DNA of 20,763 bases from Cyanobacteria bacterium CG_2015-22_32_23 (GTDB taxonomy: Bacteria; Cyanobacteriota; Cyanobacteriia; Cyanobacteriales; Cyanobacteriaceae): positions 1-20,763 of the forward strand of contig JAACUG010000044.1 of NCBI GenBank assembly GCA_009993045.1. Direction: 5' to 3'. The notes beneath the pieces were generated by a model that saw only the letters and a list, made by a program, of their open reading frames with translations, was not told where the DNA came from and did not search any database. Positions 8,091 through 15,680 of this stretch are shown here, piece after piece. The translations under genes were made by a program, and so were the position numbers. Each line of letters opens with the position of its first letter. Position 1 is the stretch's first letter.

Positions 8091-9527
8091 TTATTGTTCA
8101 ATTTGTTCAACTAATCTAATAACTCTAGGCTTACTTAAGTCTTGTAAAGTAGGTTGTAAAAGAGTTATTTTATCTTGTACATTAACTAAAGTTTTTTGCA
8201 TTTCTCCTACGTTATTTAATACCGCAACAACTTTCTCTAAACTAGATTGTAACTGATTAAGTTCGGCGATTTTAGCACTAGATTTTTCTAAAGATATAAC
8301 TTTTTCTTCTAGGCTTAAAGCTGCTTTATTTAATTCATTACTAATAACTTGAGTTTTTTCATTTAAACTATTACTATTTACTTCATTATTTTCTCTCACT
8401 AAATCAACTAATTCTTTAATATTATTAATAATAGACTGGTTTAAATCATTCTGTTGTCCAAAAGTTTGTAAAAAATTATCTCTATCTTTTAAAATTACTT
8501 GATTAATGTCTTTAATACTATTTATTAATTCTAATTCTTGATGATTAATTTCCTTAAATTGTTTAATAATTTCTTCTACTAAATTTTTAGCTGCTTCTTT
8601 AGCATAAATTTCTGCAGGATTAATTAAGTCTTGAGGAGAAGGTAAAGCGTCTTTTATCGGTTGAATTAACTCTTCTTTTGTCGGTAATTTATTATCAATA
8701 GCATCTGTAACAGTTTTAATTAATATGTCACTATTTAAGATAGATTTTTCTGAGTCATTTTTCTCCTTTAATCGAGGTAAAATATAATCATTAATATAAA
8801 TATCAGTAGCTAGTAATAATTGTGATTCCATTTTTTCAATTAACACTAAAGGAATCATGACAATAACACTTAACAAAAGTGCCAATAAAGTGGTATCAAA
8901 AGCAATAGCTAAACCACTGGTAACAGTGCCAATTCCCTCTTTAATTTGCTCAATTTCTGCACTTTTATCTAAAAACCCTGAAAAACCATTAACGGCACTA
9001 CTAATACCTAAAACTGTGCCAATAAATCCTAATAAGGGAATTGCCCAGACTAAAATTCGTGGTAAGGTATAAGAAGACTCTGACGCAGTAAGGTAAAAAG
9101 AAGCATCATCTAAGGCTAATTCTGTGACACTTTTGCGACTTCCAGAGTTAATATAAGCGCTTAAAATTCTGGCTAATCTACTCGTTACCATACTATAATT
9201 TCTGGCAAAATCTTCTTGAAGATGAATTAATTGTGCGGATTTATAATTATCAAAAGAAATTTTTTCAGGTAATCCAATCTTTTTTAAAATTTTATCTTCT
9301 CTTTTAATTTTTAAATATTTATTAATCGTAATTATTACTACTAAAGAAGCAAAAAATACTGTTAAATATTGTGTAAATCCTCTTTGGTATAATAAAATAC
9401 CGACATAAGATTCTTTGAAGGGTAAAAATAAGAGATAAATAATAATAGTTAATAGTAATGCTCCTGTCAAAACGGTAGGAAAATTAATGTCTAATTCTTG
9501 ACGATTATTGTTGGGTTTTTGAGCCAT
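8091..9527 (-). CDS. MotA/TolQ/ExbB proton-channel family protein with long C-terminal coiled-coil-like tail
   Basis: 478 aa. Hydrophobic segments at aa ~17-36, 52-69, 156-178 and 204-230. The last two carry the family signature IPLLGFIGTVLGISSAVNGF ... GLAIAFDTTLLALLLSVIVMIPLV. Residues 231-478 are E/K/N/Q/L/I-rich, and residues 305-458 are proline-free. Confidence 0.8.
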   Translation of the reverse strand: MAQKPNNNRQELDINFPTVLTGALLLTIIIYLLFLPFKESYVGILLYQRGFTQYLTVFFASLVVIITINKYLKIKREDKILKKIGLPEKISFDNYKSAQLIHLQEDFARNYSMVTSRLARILSAYINSGSRKSVTELALDDASFYLTASESSYTLPRILVWAIPLLGFIGTVLGISSAVNGFSGFLDKSAEIEQIKEGIGTVTSGLAIAFDTTLLALLLSVIVMIPLVLIEKMESQLLLATDIYINDYILPRLKEKNDSEKSILNSDILIKTVTDAIDNKLPTKEELIQPIKDALPSPQDLINPAEIYAKEAAKNLVEEIIKQFKEINHQELELINSIKDINQVILKDRDNFLQTFGQQNDLNQSIINNIKELVDLVRENNEVNSNSLNEKTQVISNELNKAALSLEEKVISLEKSSAKIAELNQLQSSLEKVVAVLNNVGEMQKTLVNVQDKITLLQPTLQDLSKPRVIRLVEQIEQ

Positions 9528-9623
9528 AATAAAGTTTAATTTATTGAGTTAGTTTTTTAGATTATAAATTGTGATGATAATTTTTTTTATTATAATTAAA
9601 TTTTGAGCTAATTATAACTTTTT

Positions 9624-10238
9624 TTATTTTATTTTGATATTTTCTTGATTAAATTGAATCATAGTCATTAAATTATTAACTATTCTATCATTACTAATAG
9701 GTATCACTTTTTTTCCTTGTAATATTTCTTGAGTTAGAATATGATGAATTAAACTATTAACAAAAATATGAGCAATTGCTTCAGAATCTGTTAAGTTTAA
9801 ATCAGGACAATCATCGAGATATTTAGTAAGAATATTCATAGCTGGTTTAGCGACATTTTCTAAAAATAATTCTCCTAATTCAGGATAACTTTTTGCTTCA
9901 GTAACGATAATATGTATAAAAGCTAAATATTGTGGATCATTAACTTCATTAATAATTCTTTGAGCTAATTCTTTTAAAACAATTTCTGGTTTTCCCTCTA
10001 AAGGTTTTGCCCAAACTAATTGAAATTTTTGGGTAGCAACTTCATAAATTAAAGCCTTAAATAAAGTCTCTTTATCTCCAAAATGACTATATAAAGTTTG
10101 TTTAGAAACTCCAGCATGATAAGCAATTTTATCCATACTTGTACCTAAATAACCATACTCTAAAAATTGAGATAAAGCACCTTTTAAAATTTGTTTCGTT
10201 TTGGCTTCTGCTTTTTTTTGTTGATAGTTTAATATCAT
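9624..10238 (-). CDS. TetR/AcrR family transcriptional regulator
   Basis: 204 aa. The N-terminal HTH is typical of TetR: ILKGALSQFLEYGYLGTSMDKIAYHAGVSKQTLYSHFGDKETLF. Divergent from the devBC-like operon and co-directional with the MotA-like operon (96-bp gap). Confidence 0.9.
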   Translation of the reverse strand: MILNYQQKKAEAKTKQILKGALSQFLEYGYLGTSMDKIAYHAGVSKQTLYSHFGDKETLFKALIYEVATQKFQLVWAKPLEGKPEIVLKELAQRIINEVNDPQYLAFIHIIVTEAKSYPELGELFLENVAKPAMNILTKYLDDCPDLNLTDSEAIAHIFVNSLIHHILTQEILQGKKVIPISNDRIVNNLMTMIQFNQENIKIK

Positions 10239-10340
10239 TTTTTTTAATAATTAATATAGATAAATAATTTTGATTATTATAAATAATAGATAATTAGGGC
10301 ATAATTTTTGATTTTAAATAAATGAATTATAAAATAATAA

Positions 10341-10370
10341 TTGTCAATTATTAAAACTATAGTATATAAT
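10341..10370 (+). promoter_or_regulatory. candidate sigma70-type promoter of the devBC-like operon
   Basis: TTGTCA (10341-10346) and TATAAT (10365-10370) separated by 18 nt, about 35 nt upstream of ATG 10404. Confidence 0.4.
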
Positions 10371-10379
10371 CATACTATA
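10358..10379. promoter_or_regulatory. 22-bp palindrome, candidate TetR operator
   Basis: TATAGTAT-ATAATC-ATACTATA: perfect 8-bp inverted arms with a 6-bp spacer. It overlaps the -10 hexamer in the TetR/devB divergent intergenic region. Confidence 0.45.
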
Positions 10380-10403
10380 CAGTCTAGTCTAACTTTCGGG
10401 AAT

Positions 10404-11711
10404 ATGGGCGAATCAACATCCTTTGTGGCAAAAAACGGTAAACAAATCGCTGTGGTTACGGGAATTTTAGGAGCTGTTATTGTTATAGTGACAGGAATAT
10501 ATCTAAATCAAAAATTAGGTGTCACAAATAATACTTCTCCTTCTCCGATTACCTCTAAAGTGAGGGAAAAATCTGTCACCGCTTTAGGTAGAATTGAACC
10601 TTTAGGTGAAATCATAAAAGTAATTGCTTCACCGACAATGGCTGGTGCGAAGGTTAAAACCTTATTAGTGACACAAGGAGATAAGGTAAAAAAAGGTGAT
10701 ATTATCGCTATTACTACGGATTTTGATAGCAAAAAAGCTGAGTTAGAAACTGCCAAGCAAGAAGTAAAAGTTGCCCAAACTAATTTAGCAATTATACAAG
10801 CAGGAGCAAAGGAAGGTACAATCAAAGCTCAAGAATCAGCCATTGAGAGTTTAAAAGCGGAATTAAATGGGATAATTGCCACTAATAAAGCCAAAATTTC
10901 TCGATTAAATGCTCAATTATCTACGGAAAAAGCCGAAAAAGAAGCTACTATTCAAAGATTAAAGGCTGAAGTAAAAAATGCTCAATCAGAGTTACAACGT
11001 TACCAAGAATTGGCACAAGATGGAGTCATTTCTGAGTCAAATTTGGAGTCGAAACAACTAACTTTTGACACTGTGACTCAAAGTTATCAAGAAGCCTTGG
11101 CAAGTTATCAAAAAACTACTTCAACGGTAACAGAAGAAATCCGAGAAGCGGAAGCCTTGGCAACTCAACAGGTAAATACCCTCACCAAAAAAATTGCGGA
11201 AGCAGAGGCTAAATTAAGGGAAATTAGGGAAATTCGAGAGGTTGATGTTATCCAATCTCAAGCGCAAATAAATAAAGCCATGGCATTAGTCAAACAGGCA
11301 GACATTGAGTTAGATTTAACCCTCATTAAAGCACCTAGTGACGGCACAATTCTCGAAATTATGGCAAGGGAAGGGGAAAACGTTGATAACGCTACTGGAG
11401 TTGTGGAGATGGCGAATACCACACAAATGGTAGCAATAGCAGAAGTATATGAGAGTGATGTTAGTAAAATTAAGCTAGGACAAGAAACTACGATTAAAAG
11501 TGATAATAATAGCTTTAATGAGATGTTAAAAGGTAAAGTTATCGAAATTAGCTCAAAAATAGGTAAAAAAGACGTATTAGAAACAGATCCAGCCGCCAGT
11601 GTTGATGCTAGAGTGGTGGAAGTAAAAATTGCCATTAATCCTGAAAATAACGACATTATTAGTAATTTAATTTATGCTCAAATAATCGCTGAAATTTCTT
11701 TAAGTGATTAA
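10404..11711 (+). CDS. devB: DevB-family membrane fusion protein (HlyD-type periplasmic adaptor of an ABC exporter)
   Basis: N-terminal anchor (IAVVTGILGAVIVIVTGIYL), then GRIEPLGEIIKV, a lipoyl-like beta segment (VKKGDIIA), a long alpha-helical hairpin (aa ~130-310), LIKAPSDGTILEI, and ARVVEVKI near the C-terminus. The tracked ORF begins at TTG 10341, but that codon sits inside the predicted promoter, so ATG 10404 is preferred. Confidence 0.85.
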   Translation: MGESTSFVAKNGKQIAVVTGILGAVIVIVTGIYLNQKLGVTNNTSPSPITSKVREKSVTALGRIEPLGEIIKVIASPTMAGAKVKTLLVTQGDKVKKGDIIAITTDFDSKKAELETAKQEVKVAQTNLAIIQAGAKEGTIKAQESAIESLKAELNGIIATNKAKISRLNAQLSTEKAEKEATIQRLKAEVKNAQSELQRYQELAQDGVISESNLESKQLTFDTVTQSYQEALASYQKTTSTVTEEIREAEALATQQVNTLTKKIAEAEAKLREIREIREVDVIQSQAQINKAMALVKQADIELDLTLIKAPSDGTILEIMAREGENVDNATGVVEMANTTQMVAIAEVYESDVSKIKLGQETTIKSDNNSFNEMLKGKVIEISSKIGKKDVLETDPAASVDARVVEVKIAINPENNDIISNLIYAQIIAEISLSD

Positions 11712-11756
11712 ATATTTTCGACTTTTTATAAATATAAAAAACAATCCTTACTAATT

Positions 11757-12908
11757 ATGAAAATACCTTTAGCTTGGCTACAATTAAGTAGAGAAAAAAT
11801 CCGTTTATTAATCGCTTTAGCAGGGATTGGATTTGCCGATATTTTAATGTTTATGCAGTTAGGATTTAAGTCTGCTTTATTGAATAGTTCTGTTAGATTA
11901 CACGAAAAAATTGAAGGAGATGTTTTCTTAATTAGCCCTCAATCTGATGCTTTAATAGCTATGAAAAGTTTTTCTTCTCGTCGTTTATATGAGGCTTTAG
12001 GAGTCGATGGTGTAGAGTCCATTAATCCTATTTATATTGGTTTTAGTATTTGGAAAAACCCTGAGAATAAAAATACTAGACAAATTATGGTAGTGGGTTT
12101 TAATCCTAAACAAGGAGTATTTAATTTATCGGGAGTAACGGACAATTTAGATCAATTAAAATTACCTGACGTGGTATTATTTGATCAAGAATCTCGCCCA
12201 GAATTTGGCAATATTCCTCAACTTTATTTACAAGAAAAAGAAGTTAAAACAGAAATAGATAGCAGACAAGTAAAAGTAGGTGGATTATTTACTATTGGTG
12301 CAACTTTTGGTGCAGATGGTAATTTAATTACTAGCGATTTAAACTTTTTAAGGTTATTTCCTAATCGTAATAAAGGTTTAATTGATATTGGGGTAATTAA
12401 ACTTGATAAAAATGCTAATAATACCACTGTTATTAACAGTTTAAAAAATAAATTAAATGGCGGTGATGTTTTAATTTTGTCTAGGGAAGAATTTACGAAT
12501 TATGAAAAGAATTATTGGGAAAGTAGCACCGCTATTGGTTTTATTTTTACCCTTGGTGCTGGTATGGGTTTAGTTGTTGGTATTGTTATTGTTTATCAAA
12601 TTCTCTATACTGACGTTGCCGATCATTTACCTGAATATGCTACTTTAAAAGCTATGGGTTACGATAATTCTTATCTTTTAATTCTCGTTTTTCAAGAAGC
12701 AATTTTTCTCGCTTGTCTTGGTTTTATTCCCGGTTTTGGTGTCTCTAGTTTCCTTTATTATCAAGCAGCAAAAGCCACTGGTTTACCTATTATTATGACA
12801 AAAGATTTAGCTATATTAGTGTTTATTTTAACAGTTATTATGTGCTTTTTATCTGGTGCAATTGCCGTTAATAAATTAAAATCTGCTGATCCTGCTGACA
12901 TATTTTAA
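11757..12908 (+). CDS. devC: DevC-family ABC exporter permease (FtsX/MacB-like)
   Basis: 383 aa. One N-terminal TM, a large periplasmic domain, and three C-terminal TMs (FtsX-like: ...YATLKAMGYDNSYLLILVFQEAIFLACLGFIPG...). Starts 45 bp after devB. The opening MKIPLAWLQLSREKIRL is typical of the DevC family. Confidence 0.85.
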   Translation: MKIPLAWLQLSREKIRLLIALAGIGFADILMFMQLGFKSALLNSSVRLHEKIEGDVFLISPQSDALIAMKSFSSRRLYEALGVDGVESINPIYIGFSIWKNPENKNTRQIMVVGFNPKQGVFNLSGVTDNLDQLKLPDVVLFDQESRPEFGNIPQLYLQEKEVKTEIDSRQVKVGGLFTIGATFGADGNLITSDLNFLRLFPNRNKGLIDIGVIKLDKNANNTTVINSLKNKLNGGDVLILSREEFTNYEKNYWESSTAIGFIFTLGAGMGLVVGIVIVYQILYTDVADHLPEYATLKAMGYDNSYLLILVFQEAIFLACLGFIPGFGVSSFLYYQAAKATGLPIIMTKDLAILVFILTVIMCFLSGAIAVNKLKSADPADIF

Positions 12909-12933
12909 GCTATAAATAAATTATCAAAAAAAA

Positions 12934-12941
12934 GCGATCGC
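12934..12941. repeat. HIP1 octamer GCGATCGC
   Basis: Exact GCGATCGC within the 12-bp palindrome AAGCGATCGCTT, located between the convergent devC and prs genes. Confidence 0.9.
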
Positions 12942-12998
12942 TTAAAATCAATTGAATGATTGTGAGCAATCGACAAAAACAAGGTAAAATAATTATAA

Positions 12999-13994
12999 TT
13001 AACGAAACATAATACTAACAGAACTATCCTCATGAATCCGCCAGATAGTCTCCCCTAGAAGATTAGCTACGGATAAAACTTTTAATTGAGGAAAATGATT
13101 ATCAATGGGAATAGGAATAGTATTAGTAACTATCACTTCTTCAAAGACATCACTAGAAAGACGAGAAACTGCTGGACCTGAAAAGACTGCATGAGTAGCA
13201 CAGGCATAAATTTTATTTGCCCCTTCTTTCTTTAAAAGTCTAGCACCTTCTAATAAAGTACCCGCAGTATCAATCATATCATCAACTAAAACTGCGTTTT
13301 TGCCCTTGACATCACCAATAACATTCATTACCTCCGCCACGTTATGGGCTTGACGGCGTTTATCAATAATAGCTAAAGGTGCATCATTTAATTTTTTCGC
13401 AAAAGCTCTAGCTCTAGCTACACCGCCAACATCAGGGGATACAACTACCAAGTCTTCTAAGTTTTTGTGGTGAAGATAATTTAAAATTACGGGAGAACCA
13501 TAAACATGATCCAAAGGAATGTCAAAATAGCCTTGAATTTGTGCCGAGTGTAAATCCATTGCTAAAACTCGATGGGCTCCTGCTTTGGTGATGAGGTTAG
13601 CTACTAATTTGGCTGAAATCGACTCTCTACCTGCGGTTTTACGATCTGCTCTAGCATAAGAGTAATAAGGTATCACTGCGGTGATTTGCCGTGCTGACGC
13701 TCTACGACAAGCATCAATCATAATCAACAACTCCATCAGGTTATCATTGACAGGATTACAACAAGGTTGAATTAAATAAACATCACAACCTCTAATGGAT
13801 TCTTGAATTTGGACGTATAACTCTCCGTCTGCAAATCTTTTACGAATCATCGGACCTAAATCCATGCCTAGATACCGTGCTACTTCCGTAGCGAGTCCTA
13901 TATTGGCTGAACCGGAAAATAATCTTAAACGGTTGTGATCCGATACTTGTTGTTGCAACATCGGACTGAGTGTTAAAGTGGCAGAATTACTCAC
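12999..13994 (-). CDS. prs: ribose-phosphate pyrophosphokinase (PRPP synthetase)
   Basis: 331 aa, GTG start. Motifs: RLRLFSGSAN, RFADGELYVQIQESIRGCDVYLIQP, HSAQIQGYFDIPLDH, VVVSPDVGGVARARAF, VLVDDMIDTAGT (PRPP-binding loop). Confidence 0.93.
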   Translation of the reverse strand: MSNSATLTLSPMLQQQVSDHNRLRLFSGSANIGLATEVARYLGMDLGPMIRKRFADGELYVQIQESIRGCDVYLIQPCCNPVNDNLMELLIMIDACRRASARQITAVIPYYSYARADRKTAGRESISAKLVANLITKAGAHRVLAMDLHSAQIQGYFDIPLDHVYGSPVILNYLHHKNLEDLVVVSPDVGGVARARAFAKKLNDAPLAIIDKRRQAHNVAEVMNVIGDVKGKNAVLVDDMIDTAGTLLEGARLLKKEGANKIYACATHAVFSGPAVSRLSSDVFEEVIVTNTIPIPIDNHFPQLKVLSVANLLGETIWRIHEDSSVSIMFR

Positions 13995-14147
13995 GACAAG
14001 TTCTTTAACCTCTTAATATTAAGTACTAATTTATTGATTTTTTTACCCTTTTATTACATAGGATATATTAACATTATCATTATAATCTACAATATAAGTC
14101 AACTTTTTGTGCAATTTTTTTCTAGTTGATATTCAATCATTTCTTTT

Positions 14148-14825
14148 ATGAAAACTTTATTAATTTCTGCCACTGATACTGATGCGGGTAAAACCATTAT
14201 TACCACTGCATTAAGGGCTTATTATCAGCAATATTTTTCAGGGTTAAAAGTTGGTTTAATGAAGTTACTACAAACAGGAGTAGAGGGAGATGGTGAGTTT
14301 TATCAGCAATTTTTTGATGACGTGGTGATTCCTTTACGTTTTAATGCACCCCTAGCCCCTCCTGTGGCAGCAGATTTGGAAGGAAAATTCATTGATTTAA
14401 ACGTTATTTGGCAAAGTTTACTAAAGTTACAACAAAGCCATGATTTGCTTTTAGTGGAGGCTTTAGGGGGTTTAGGCTCACCTATTACCCATGATTTAAC
14501 TATTGCACAGTTAGCTAGTAATTGGCATTTAGAAACTATTTTAGTCGTTCCCGTGAAATTAGGGGCCATCGCCCATACAGTGGCCAATGTTGCTTTAGCG
14601 AAACATCACAAAGTGAAACTTAAAGGTATTGTTTTAAATTGTATTAATTCTTGTAGTGAAGAAGATATTAATAATTGGACATCAAAACAGCTTATAGAAT
14701 CTTTAACTCAAGTACCAATTTTAGGTTGTTTTCCTTATGTCGATAAAATTGATAATTTAGCAGATTTAGCACAAATTACCGCCCATAATTTAAACCTTAC
14801 CAAATTAAATATTAACAGGGAATAA
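14148..14825 (+). CDS. bioD: dethiobiotin synthase
   Basis: 225 aa. P-loop LLISATDTDAGKT, followed by LLVEALGGLGSPIT (the EGAGG-like motif) and the length typical of BioD. Confidence 0.85.
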   Translation: MKTLLISATDTDAGKTIITTALRAYYQQYFSGLKVGLMKLLQTGVEGDGEFYQQFFDDVVIPLRFNAPLAPPVAADLEGKFIDLNVIWQSLLKLQQSHDLLLVEALGGLGSPITHDLTIAQLASNWHLETILVVPVKLGAIAHTVANVALAKHHKVKLKGIVLNCINSCSEEDINNWTSKQLIESLTQVPILGCFPYVDKIDNLADLAQITAHNLNLTKLNINRE

Positions 14826-14897
14826 ATTAACAAAAATGAGATGTAATCACTTATAATTTTATTATCCAAAAATAGATTTAATATTGACTGAAAAATA

Positions 14898-15287
14898 ATG
14901 AAATCCTATAATATCAACAAAAATACAAATAGAAAATTTGCTTTAGTAACTGCTATTTTGACTTTTATATTACCATTAGATCCAGCTTTTGCACAGAAAG
15001 CCACTAGAATAAAGTTTGCAAGGGGGAGTTATTGTGGCTCATATTCAGGTAACTTTAGTCAAGGTAGAGAATTTGTTTTAAACTTAGGAAGTGGACAAAG
15101 ATTTACAAGTAGAAATATAGGTGGTGGGACTCAGTATGATATTTATGTTACTGGTCCAAAAGGAAGAATTAGTGGGGAAAAAGTAGCAAAGGATCAGATA
15201 GAGTATTATATTCCAGTCAAAGGTGATTACTATATATATATTGAATCTACAACTTCATTTAGCAATGTTGAATTTTGTGCTTATTAA
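14898..15287 (+). CDS. hypothetical secreted protein (129 aa)
   Basis: Signal-peptide-like N-terminus (FALVTAILTFILPLDPAFA/QK). The mature part is beta-rich with two Cys residues (near the N- and C-termini). No family signature recognised. Confidence 0.6.
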   Translation: MKSYNINKNTNRKFALVTAILTFILPLDPAFAQKATRIKFARGSYCGSYSGNFSQGREFVLNLGSGQRFTSRNIGGGTQYDIYVTGPKGRISGEKVAKDQIEYYIPVKGDYYIYIESTTSFSNVEFCAY

Positions 15288-15327
15288 TAGAAAATAACTA
15301 ATAAAAAAAAGGCAAATATTGACTAAA

Positions 15328-15540
15328 TTAATTAATTTTTAAAGATGGTTTTTCTGTTAAGCCAAATTCTGTTAAATCTTCATCTTCAAGATGTAAACTA
15401 ACCGCTTCTTGAATATTTTTAATCGTTTCATCTAATGTTAATCCTTGACTGACAACGGAAATTTCTAAACATTCTGCAACATAACCTTGTGTTTCACCTG
15501 CATCAATAATGACGTTAATTGTATTTTTTAAATTAGTCAT
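15328..15540 (-). CDS. HicB-family antitoxin-like protein (UPF0150-type), no adjacent toxin gene
   Basis: 70 aa. INVIIDAGETQGYVAECLEISVVSQGLTLDETIKNIQEAVSLHLEDE matches the short HicB pattern (beta-beta, xQGxTLDEa, helix, acidic end). Confidence 0.55.
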   Translation of the reverse strand: MTNLKNTINVIIDAGETQGYVAECLEISVVSQGLTLDETIKNIQEAVSLHLEDEDLTEFGLTEKPSLKIN

Positions 15541-15680
15541 AATAGTTAAAAATGAAAAAAGATTTTTTGATGTGTATTAATTACTCATAACATTAATTTT
15601 ATCTTATCTGCTGTTTACTCAAGACTGAAATTGATTGATAATAGGAGATTAGCTTATTTATAATCACTCGATATTTTAAA

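Noticed and set aside
8857-9072. 71-aa plus-strand ORF
   Set aside because: It is antisense to the MotA/ExbB signature region, and its composition mirrors the opposite strand.
6866-9527. Calling the MotA-like trio a Zorya anti-phage system
   Set aside because: Only the tailed MotA-like architecture is reminiscent of ZorA. The partner proteins look ExbD/TolR-like, with no OmpA/MotB-type peptidoglycan-binding domain as in ZorB. No ZorC/ZorD-like (or ZorE-like) effector genes are adjacent. The flanks are housekeeping or regulatory genes, not a defence island.
6866-9527. Calling the trio a canonical ExbB-ExbD Ton system
   Set aside because: No TonB-like protein or TonB-dependent receptor is present in the window. 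The long tail and the pair of divergent ExbD-like genes are atypical. The call is left at family level only.
10239-10340. Imperfect direct repeats (ATAGATAA ... AATTTTGATT occurring twice) in the TetR-devB spacer
   Set aside because: In such AT-rich DNA these short, imperfect matches are expected by chance. Only the 8-6-8 palindrome is clean enough to report.
10341-10403. TTG 10341 as the devB start (as in the ORF track)
   Set aside because: The TTG is the first triplet of a TTGTCA -35-like hexamer. The following 60 nt contain the TATAAT box and the palindromic operator candidate. The first ATG (10404) precedes the expected N-terminal membrane anchor.
11217-11234. Perfect 2 x 9-bp tandem AGGGAAATT inside devB (encodes REIREI)
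   Set aside because: It is a short in-frame slippage product within a coiled-coil region and is too small to carry significance by itself.
10508-11656. Minus-strand ORFs 10508-10825 and 11258-11656
   Set aside because: Both are antisense to devB. The low-complexity S/A/I/L translation is typical of the reverse frame of a coiled-coil gene.
12224-12427. 67-aa minus-strand ORF
   Set aside because: It is antisense inside devC. Similarly, 14303-14587 is antisense inside bioD, 16028-16297 inside pheT and 19109-19327 inside the 282-aa gene.
12932-12943. AAGCGATCGCTT palindrome between convergent devC and prs, considered as a bidirectional terminator
   Set aside because: It has no loop: the palindrome is contiguous and could only form a 4-bp stem. 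It is simply an extended HIP1 site. The nearby GATTG-TGAG-CAATC (5-bp stem) is also too weak to call.
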